This document shows positions 57,879-64,000 of a DNA stretch of 64,000 nt, one piece after another. This stretch comes from Sphingomonas oryzagri (GTDB lineage: Bacteria > Pseudomonadota > Alphaproteobacteria > Sphingomonadales > Sphingomonadaceae): assembly GCF_029906645.1 (NCBI RefSeq), contig NZ_JARYGZ010000001.1, positions 737,208 through 801,207 of the forward strand, written 5' to 3'. Positions within the stretch are counted from its first letter, which is position 1. Each line of letters starts with the position of its first letter. The notes under the pieces are model-generated. The model did not search any database. It worked only from the letters and a program-made list of their open reading frames with translations, and was not told the origin of the DNA. The translations under genes were made by a program, and so were the position numbers.

Positions 57879-58613
57879 TCAGGCCGCGGTTGCGACCTTG
57901 GCCAGTTTACGCCGCGCGACGAGCGCCGCAGCCGCGCCACCGAACAGAAGCAGCATCGGCGGGGCCGGCACATCATGATGGGGCGGCGGGGGCGGTGGCG
58001 GCGGAGGATTATGGCCACCGCCGCTGCTCGTACTGGTGCTCGACGAGGTGGACGAGCTGGTGGAGGAACTCGTGCTCGACGACGAGCTGGTACTCGAAGA
58101 GGTCGAGGTGGATGTCGACGAGCCGCCGGTGGATGTCGAGGTGGACGAACCGCCGGTCGATGTCGAAGTCGATGAGCCACCGCTCGATGTCGAGGAGGTG
58201 ACGCTGCCGCTGGTCGAGCTCGACGAGGTGGACGAGATGAACCAGCCACCCGATCCACCGCCGCCGCCGCCCCAGAAGCCGCCGCCGAAGAAGCCGCCGC
58301 CACCGAAGCCGCCGCCGCCGATGATCGCGGGAGCGACCGCGCCACCACCGTAGGACGGCGCCTCGAACGGGGCCGGTGCCGGCGCCGCCTGAGCGATGCT
58401 CACCGACGCGGGCGTGCAGGTGGTAGTGGTGGTGACGGTGCGGCGCGCCTGGCGGACGGCGACGCGGCGAACCGCGGGCCGATGAACCACCGCCTTCTTC
58501 GTCAGCACGCGCTGGGCGGGCGGGCGCTCCGCATAGTGCACGGCACCGCCGCCGATGACGGCGCCGCCGCAGGCGCAGGCGCACAATTTCGCGATGGCCA
58601 TCCGTACTGACAT
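57879..58613 (-). CDS. Low-complexity Gly/Ser/Thr/Pro-rich secreted protein with PEP-CTERM-like C-terminal sorting signal
   Basis: Hydrophobic N-terminus; GGGF/GGGG block; (STSTGGSST)n repeats; PPPPPPPPP; C-terminus VPAPP-MLLLFGGAAAALVA-RRKLAK (Pro motif + TM + basic cluster). Confidence 0.55.
   Translation of the reverse strand: MSVRMAIAKLCACACGGAVIGGGAVHYAERPPAQRVLTKKAVVHRPAVRRVAVRQARRTVTTTTTCTPASVSIAQAAPAPAPFEAPSYGGGAVAPAIIGGGGFGGGGFFGGGFWGGGGGGSGGWFISSTSSSSTSGSVTSSTSSGGSSTSTSTGGSSTSTSTGGSSTSTSTSSSTSSSSSTSSSTSSSTSSSTSTSSGGGHNPPPPPPPPPHHDVPAPPMLLLFGGAAAALVARRKLAKVATAA
58108..58200. repeat. Tandem 27-nt coding repeats (about 3.5 copies) inside the low-complexity gene
   Basis: gtggatgtcgaggtggacgaaccgccg / gtcgatgtcgaagtcgatgagccaccg ... 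read directly. Confidence 0.7.
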
Positions 58614-59022
58614 CGCCTTGTCCCTTGCCCCTCGATCCTGGGGTGCGCTCCCTGCACCCGTCTATTGCCACAGCCGAGCCTGCGATGTCGCTTCGACTAA
58701 TCGCGAACCAATGCGAAACCGTTAATCGCAAACTCAGGCATCCTCTCTCGCCTGTCCCGACGCCGTTGAAAAGAGAGGGTTTCGCGGGCGTACCCCGTAT
58801 TTGTCCCGTTTTGTGCCACTGGAAATCGAGCCGTGGCGATAACTGCGATGTGTCCGCGATGCAGCAGCGGGCAACATTCCGGTTTCGTTGGGGAACATAT
58901 GTGCGACGGGGCCGCTTGTGCGGCATTAACCCGCCGAGTATAGGCCCGCTCCGGGGACAGGAGCATCGCGGTGCAGGCGTCCGGCGGCCTGGTTGCGGCT
59001 CCATCGTGGAGCGGAGAGTTGC

Positions 59023-59481
59023 ATGGCTACGGCGGTGGACACGCTGGGTGGGGAAATGGCGTCAGGTGCGGCGTCGCTTCCGGACGATTATCGACCTTCG
59101 GCGGACGAGCCCTTCATGGGGCCGAGGCAGCAGGCTTATTTTCGGCGCAAGCTGCTGCAATGGAAGGATTCCATTCTGGAAGAGGCCAAGGGTACCCTGG
59201 CCCAGCTCCAGACCGATTCGCTGCGTGAGCCGGATATCACCGACCGCGCGTCGAGCGAGACCGACTGGTCGATCGAACTGCGAACCCGCGATCGTCAGCG
59301 CAAGCTGATCTCGAAAATCGACGCGGCTCTTCGCAGGATCGAGGAGGGCGAGTATGGCTATTGCGAGGTGACCGGCGAGCCGATCTCGCTGGCCCGGCTC
59401 GAAGCCCGTCCGATCGCGACCATGACCGTCGAGGCTCAGGAGCGGCACGAGCGCAACGAGAAGATCTCGCGCGACGATTAA
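59023..59481 (+). CDS. dksA: DksA/TraR-family RNA polymerase-binding regulator (single-Cys, zinc-finger-less variant)
   Basis: Coiled-coil with acidic tip; C-terminal GYCEVTGEPISLARLEARPIATMTVEAQERHE carries one of the usual four Cys. GGAGAG Shine-Dalgarno. Confidence 0.7.
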   Translation: MATAVDTLGGEMASGAASLPDDYRPSADEPFMGPRQQAYFRRKLLQWKDSILEEAKGTLAQLQTDSLREPDITDRASSETDWSIELRTRDRQRKLISKIDAALRRIEEGEYGYCEVTGEPISLARLEARPIATMTVEAQERHERNEKISRDD

Positions 59482-59561
59482 GGCTTTGGCGACCGTTGCG
59501 CGGCTAATGTAAGCGTTCGGGGAACCGGGGGCTTCGGCGTACAACATCGCGGAACTGGGAC

Positions 59562-59969
59562 GTGCAAGTGGAAGAAACTCCGATCGGTAACCATTCGTCC
59601 GAAGGGGGCGCGGATTCGCAGCGTCGCGATCCGCGCGACAGTCTGTTCGTACTCGCGCGCATCAAGCCGGAGGGCGAGGCCGGCGATGGGGTTTCGGTAC
59701 GGGTCCGCAACGTGTCCGCCGGTGGCCTGATGGCGGACGCCCCGGACGACTATCGCCCCGGTATGCGCCTCGAAATCTCGCTGGACGGCGTGGGCGAGGT
59801 TGCCGGCTCGGTTGCATGGGCGGAGGCCGGGCGCATCGGCGTGGCCTTCGATCACCCGATCGACAAGGCGCGTGCCCGCAAGACCAAATCGGGGAAGTCG
59901 GACGAACTGTTCCGCCCGACCGCGCAGAATTATCGTCGCCCCGGATTGAAGCCCGACACGCGCGGTTGA
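59562..59969 (+). CDS. PilZ-domain protein (c-di-GMP receptor candidate)
   Basis: RRDPRDSLFVLARI ... VRVRNVSAGGLMADAP ... GSVAWAEAGRIGVAFD fit the PilZ RxxxR / DxSxxG pattern. Confidence 0.7.
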   Translation: MQVEETPIGNHSSEGGADSQRRDPRDSLFVLARIKPEGEAGDGVSVRVRNVSAGGLMADAPDDYRPGMRLEISLDGVGEVAGSVAWAEAGRIGVAFDHPIDKARARKTKSGKSDELFRPTAQNYRRPGLKPDTRG

Positions 59970-60028
59970 TCCGACGATGGAGGGAGCGGCCCGCCGCGCC
60001 GCCATGGCGCGAGCGGACCGCGACGGCG

Positions 60029-60181
60029 TCAGAGCCTCGCCAGGGCTTCCTTGATCTTCAGCTTCTGTTTCTTGAGGCTGGCGATGACGATCCGATCCGG
60101 CGAAGGCCGGCGCGTCTCGTCGGCGATGCGGGCGTCCAGACCCGCGTGACGAGCAACCAAAGCGCTGGAATGATTGTCCAT
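60029..60181 (-). CDS. DUF465 (YdcH-like) small protein
   Basis: MDNHSSALVARHAGLDARIADETRRPSPDRIVIASLKKQKLKIKEALARL. Confidence 0.65.
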   Translation of the reverse strand: MDNHSSALVARHAGLDARIADETRRPSPDRIVIASLKKQKLKIKEALARL

Positions 60182-60409
60182 AGGATAGGTCCTCCTTGGT
60201 TTGGTCAGCACATTCCAGTAGATCACGATTCCCCGGACTTGTCGCGTGAACAAAGCACGAAAACGGTCGGCCGCCTGATGAAATGCGACAGTCCGTTTTC
60301 ATGCGTATGACAGTTGCGAATCGGGACTTGCACCAGGCGCTGTCGCGGGGCATCGAAGGTTAACACCGTAGGGTCGTTCCGATCCTCGACGGGCAGGGGA
60401 CAGGCTGGC

Positions 60410-60607
60410 ATGGACGCCGATGACATCGGCCGCAGGCTCGCGCATCTGCGCACCGAGCACCGCGATCTCGACGCGGCAATCGTCGCGCTCGCCTCCATGC
60501 CGCAGACCGATCAGTTGCAGGTCGCCCGGCTGAAGCGCCGCAAGCTCGCGATCAAGGACGAGATCGCGATGCTGGGCGATCAGCTCATCCCCGACATCAT
60601 CGCCTGA
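60410..60607 (+). CDS. DUF465 (YdcH-like) small protein, second divergent copy
   Basis: MDADDIGRRLAHLRTEHRDLDAAIVALASMPQTDQLQVARLKRRKLAIKDEIAMLGDQL. Confidence 0.65.
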   Translation: MDADDIGRRLAHLRTEHRDLDAAIVALASMPQTDQLQVARLKRRKLAIKDEIAMLGDQLIPDIIA

Positions 60608-60668
60608 CACGAAAAGGCCGGCCCGGCGAACCGGACCGGCCTCCCGACTGGATCGCAGTCGTGCAGGT

Positions 60669-61142
60669 TTACGCGGCGGCGAGCACCTGCGCCTCGCCCC
60701 CGATCGTCTGGCTCTCGGCAACGCCATCGATCGCGATGCGGCGCGGCTTCTTGTGCTCGGGCACTTCGCGCTTCAGCTCGATGTTGAGCAGTCCGTCGGC
60801 ATAGCCCGCGCCGGTCACCTTGATGGTGTCGGCCAGCTGGAAGCGGCGCTCGAAGGCGCGCTTGGCGATGCCGCGATGGAGGAACTGGCGCTCGGCATCC
60901 TCGGCCTTCTGCTCGGCCTTGCCGATCACGATCAGCACATTGTCCTGCACGGTGAGCTCGAGCTCGTCACGACTGAAGCCGGCGACGGCCATGGAGATGC
61001 AGTAGGCATCCTCGGCGAGCTTCTCGATATTGTAGGGGGGATAGGCATCGCCCTCGCCGCGGGTGGCGAAATCGACGAGCCGATTGAGATTCTCGAAGCC
61101 GATGGACGAACGCAGCAGCGGCGCGAAATCCAGGGTACGCAT
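60669..61142 (-). CDS. Small heat-shock protein (Hsp20/IbpA family)
   Basis: Alpha-crystallin domain (AYPPYNIEKLAEDAYCISMAVAGFSRDELELTVQDNVLIVIGK ... GLLNIELKREVPE). Confidence 0.9.
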   Translation of the reverse strand: MRTLDFAPLLRSSIGFENLNRLVDFATRGEGDAYPPYNIEKLAEDAYCISMAVAGFSRDELELTVQDNVLIVIGKAEQKAEDAERQFLHRGIAKRAFERRFQLADTIKVTGAGYADGLLNIELKREVPEHKKPRRIAIDGVAESQTIGGEAQVLAAA

Positions 61143-61339
61143 GGGTCTTTCCTTTCAAAGCGAATGACCGTTGGTGGAAGGCCCGCGGGCAACCCGCCAG
61201 ACCCGTCTTCCGCGCCCCCGACCGGGCGACGCGTCGACCAGCCTCAGATGGGGGAGGCCGATCCGCTTTCAAGGGCTGTTCAGGGATGGGACGGTGGTCG
61301 CAACGACGCGGTTCAGCGTCCCCTTCGGGCGTGGCAGCA

Positions 61340-61802
61340 TATGCCCATGATCACCGCCCCCCTCGTGCTGAACCGCAAGCTGGTCGATGCCCTGTATGTC
61401 GAGGCGATGCTCCTCGCAGACGAGGCGCGCAGCTATTTCGATCTCAACGGGCGCGAGGAGCGCGACGCGCTGCCGCCGCTCCACCGCGTCGGCTTCTCCT
61501 GCGAATCGCTGCGGGTGACGACACGGCTGATGCACGTCATTGCCTGGCTGCTGACCCGTCGCGCGGTGGATGCGGGCGAGATCAGCGAGGCGCAGGCCTC
61601 GGCGCCGGAGCGCCGGCTGGGCCGCGCGCAGGGTCATGATCCGGAGACGGTCGCCGCGCTGCCGGAGACCGCCCGCCAGATCATTGCCGCGACCAGCGAC
61701 CTCTACGCCCGCGTCGCCCGGATGGATCGCGACATGGCGCGTCCGCCGGTGCCGTTCAGCCCCGCGCAGGGGCTGATGCAGCTTCTGCAGGCGGCCTTCT
61801 AG
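61340..61802 (+). CDS. DUF1465 family protein (RcdA-like protease-adaptor family)
   Basis: [34 protein letters not shown] ...; family assignment is from memory. Confidence 0.55.
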
Positions 61803-62086
61803 GCCAGTTTCTCGATCGCGCGCGCCAGTTCGATGTCGCGCATCGAGAGACCGTCGGCATCGTGCGTGGTCAGCAGGATGTCCACCTTGTTGTAGACGTT
61901 GGACCATTCCGGATGATGGTCCGCCTTCTCGGCCAGCAGGGCCACGCGGGTCATGAAGCCGAAGGCGCCGACGAAATCGTCGAAGGTGAAGCGCTTGGCG
62001 ATGCCGTCGCGCGCCGCGTCATGTTTCCAGCCGTCGAGCGTCGGCAGCAACTCCGCCCGCTCGGCCTCGGTCAGCTTCGCCGTCAC
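61799..62086 (-). CDS. Pterin-4-alpha-carbinolamine dehydratase
   Basis: [16 protein letters not shown] ... [20 protein letters not shown]. Confidence 0.85.
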   Translation of the reverse strand: MTAKLTEAERAELLPTLDGWKHDAARDGIAKRFTFDDFVGAFGFMTRVALLAEKADHHPEWSNVYNKVDILLTTHDADGLSMRDIELARAIEKLA

Positions 62087-63120
62087 GCGCCGACCTCCTG
62101 TTCGATGGCACCGAAGATCGAGTGGCCATGCGCATCCTTCATCTCGATGCGCACGACGTCGCCCGCCCTCAGGAAGGGCGTGGAGGGCTGGCCGTCGCGG
62201 ATCGTCTCGATCATCCGGACTTCAGCGATGCAACTGTAGCCGAGGCCACCGTCCTTTACCGGCTTGCCGGGGCCGCCGTCCGCATCGCGGTTGGAGACCG
62301 TGCCCGATCCGACGATCGTTCCTGCCGACAGCGCGCGTGTCTTGGCCGCATGGGCAACGAGCGTGCCGAAATCAAAGGTCATATCGACGCCGGCGTCCGC
62401 CTTGCCGAACTCCTCGCCATTGAGGTGGACCAGCAGGGGCACATGGAGCTTGCCGTCCTTCCACGCGTCGCCCAGCGCGTCGGGCGTCACCGTGACCGGC
62501 GACAGCGCCGAGGCGGGCTTGGACTGGAAGAAACCGAAGCCCTTGGCCAATTCGGCCGGGATCAGGTTGCGCAGCGACACGTCGTTGACGAGGCACACCA
62601 GCCGGATCGCTGCCAGCGCCTCCTCGCGGCTGGCGCCCTGCGGGACGTCGCCGACGATCACCGCGACCTCGCCCTCCATATCGCAACCCCAGGCTTCGTC
62701 GGCGAGCGGGATCGGGTCGCGCGGCGCTATGAAGCCGTCGGAGCCGCCCTGGTACATCAGCGGATCGCTCCAGAAGCTCTCGGGCAGTTCGGCGCCGCGC
62801 GCGCGGCGAACCAGCTCGACATGGTTCACATAGGCCGATCCGTCCGCCCACTGGTAGGCGCGGGGCAGGGGGGAGGCGGCGTTGTGTTCGCGGAAGCGCA
62901 GCATCGGGATGACCTCGTGCTGCAGGTCAGTCGCGAGATTGCGCAGCTCCGGCTCGGCATGCTCCCAATCGTCGAGCGCGGCCTGGAGCGTGGGTGCGAT
63001 GTGCGTCGCGTCCGCGCAAAAGTGGAGATCGTCCGACACGACGACGAGGCGACCGTCGCGGCCACCCTTGAGCGATGCGAGCTTCAATGAACTCTCCCAA
63101 CTGATATCAATTGTTACCAC
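62083..63120 (-). CDS. Fumarylacetoacetate hydrolase (FAH) family protein
   Basis: FAH-family C-terminal domain ([37 protein letters not shown]). Confidence 0.8.
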   Translation of the reverse strand: MVTIDISWESSLKLASLKGGRDGRLVVVSDDLHFCADATHIAPTLQAALDDWEHAEPELRNLATDLQHEVIPMLRFREHNAASPLPRAYQWADGSAYVNHVELVRRARGAELPESFWSDPLMYQGGSDGFIAPRDPIPLADEAWGCDMEGEVAVIVGDVPQGASREEALAAIRLVCLVNDVSLRNLIPAELAKGFGFFQSKPASALSPVTVTPDALGDAWKDGKLHVPLLVHLNGEEFGKADAGVDMTFDFGTLVAHAAKTRALSAGTIVGSGTVSNRDADGGPGKPVKDGGLGYSCIAEVRMIETIRDGQPSTPFLRAGDVVRIEMKDAHGHSIFGAIEQEVGA

Positions 63121-63155
63121 CTAACCCCTGGCGAGGCCTGGCGGCAACCCTTGTA

Positions 63156-64000
63156 TCAGGCGGACGCGAGTCGGCGAGCCTCGCTCCAGTGCGTACCGAC
63201 CAATTCGGTGGCACGCTCGAACGGAACCGGGCGACCGAACAGGTAACCCTGCATCTGGTGGCAGCCGAGATCCGCCATGCGGCGCCAGTCGTCCTGCGTT
63301 TCGACGCCCTCGGCCGTGATCGTCATGCCGAAGCAATTGGCGAGCGTGACGATCGCCTGGATGATCGAAACAGTCTCCGAGCGGGTGGCGGCGCCGCGCA
63401 CGAAGCTGCCGTCGATCTTCAGCTTGTTGAAGATCGTGCGGTTCAGATAGCCGAGCGACGAATAGCCGGTGCCGAAATCGTCGAGCGCGATGCGGACGCC
63501 GAGCGCTCGCAGGCGGCGCAGGACGTCGAGCGAGCCTTCCGAATCCTGCAGGAAGACGCTCTCCGTGACTTCCAGCTCCAGCCGGTTGGCGGCGAGCTTG
63601 GCGCGGGACAGCGCGTCGGAGATCATCGCGGGCAAGCCCGGCGATCCGAGCTGGATCGGCGAGAGGTTGACGGCCACGCTGATCGGCGAGGGCCATTGCG
63701 CGCAGTCGCGGATCGCGGTGCGGGCGACCCACTCGCCCATCTCGTGGATCAGGCCGATCTCCTCGGCCAGCGGCACGAATTCGGCGGGGCTGACGAAGCC
63801 GCGCACCGGGTGCTGCCAGCGGATCAGCGCCTCGAAGCCCTTCACCTCCTGGGTCTGGGCGTCGATCAGCGGCTGGTAGAACAGGCGGAACTGGTTGAGC
63901 TGGAGCGCGAGGCGCAGGTCATGCTCCAGGCGCAGCCGATTCTCGGCCTCGGTCTGCATGCTGCGCTCGAACTGGCGATAGGTGCCGCGCCCGGCCGCCT
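63156..64000 (-). CDS. EAL-domain c-di-GMP phosphodiesterase, partial (N-terminus beyond window end)
   Basis: QYQPLIDAQT...EALIRWQHP, ELEVTESV, DDFGTGYSSLGYL, KIDGSFV. Confidence 0.85.
   Translation of the reverse strand, partial: AAGRGTYRQFERSMQTEAENRLRLEHDLRLALQLNQFRLFYQPLIDAQTQEVKGFEALIRWQHPVRGFVSPAEFVPLAEEIGLIHEMGEWVARTAIRDCAQWPSPISVAVNLSPIQLGSPGLPAMISDALSRAKLAANRLELEVTESVFLQDSEGSLDVLRRLRALGVRIALDDFGTGYSSLGYLNRTIFNKLKIDGSFVRGAATRSETVSIIQAIVTLANCFGMTITAEGVETQDDWRRMADLGCHQMQGYLFGRPVPFERATELVGTHWSEARRLASA

Noticed and set aside
58036-58353. Acidic (VDVDEPP)n / poly-Pro ORF on the plus strand
   Set aside because: It mirrors the tandem repeats of the minus-strand Gly/Ser/Thr-rich gene. That gene has a plausible N-terminal hydrophobic segment and a PEP-CTERM-like tail. 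The plus-strand ORF is kept only as an ambiguity note, not called as a feature.
1-64000. CRISPR arrays, integrases, transposases/IS elements, rRNA genes
   Set aside because: No direct-repeat/spacer periodicity, no tyrosine/serine recombinase or DDE transposase signatures, and no rRNA-like conserved stretches were seen. The T4SS block has no visible mobile-element boundaries.

Overview
High-GC (~65-70%) chromosomal segment, most likely from an alphaproteobacterium; the gene content (PTS-type GlcNAc locus next to TonB-dependent receptors, PEP-CTERM-like tail, sphingomonad-style housekeeping order) suggests Sphingomonadaceae. Genes are densely packed with many ATGA/GTGA start-stop overlaps. The ORF track is not exhaustive: the TonB-dependent receptor at 1..2306 (- strand) is absent from it and was found by direct translation. 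Many long 'shadow' ORFs run antisense to real genes.

Layout, left to right:
- 1-9.7 kb: an N-acetylglucosamine locus. Minus strand: TonB-dependent receptor, GH16-like hydrolase, nagA, SIS-type GlcN6P deaminase. Plus strand, divergent: fused EIIA-HPr-EI phosphotransfer protein, then nagE EIICB with a duplicated EIIB.
- 9.7-26.6 kb: the least housekeeping-like block, and the best candidate for the undescribed system.
  - A translationally coupled catalase-related peroxidase and cytochrome b561.
  - A 1166-aa secreted DUF3857 + transglutaminase-like protein.
  - A compact eight-gene VirB-like type IV secretion cluster (virB1-B2-B3-B4-B6-B9-B10-B11) with no recognisable virB5/B7/B8, coupling protein or relaxase.
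  - A divergent Pho-box-like promoter driving a phospholipase-C/acid-phosphatase-family lipoprotein, then a di-haem cytochrome c peroxidase.
- 26.6-64 kb: core genes. These are a second TBDR, pyrC, a flotillin, tRNA-Arg(ACG), a BLUF photoreceptor beside a FixJ/LuxR response regulator, dcp, rpsF-rpsR-rplI, fabD-fabG / acpP-fabF split by an opposite-strand GT87-like membrane protein with twin palindromes, mltG, argC, NlpC/P60, marR, pepA, rimO, a GGDEF protein, an M23/LysM peptidase, surE and serS.
- The right end carries a stress/second-messenger cluster: a Gly/Ser/Thr/Pro low-complexity protein with a PEP-CTERM-like tail, a zinc-finger-less DksA, PilZ, two DUF465 proteins, Hsp20, a DUF1465 protein, a pterin dehydratase, a FAH-family protein and a partial EAL protein.

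No CRISPR array, integrase, transposase or rRNA was seen.
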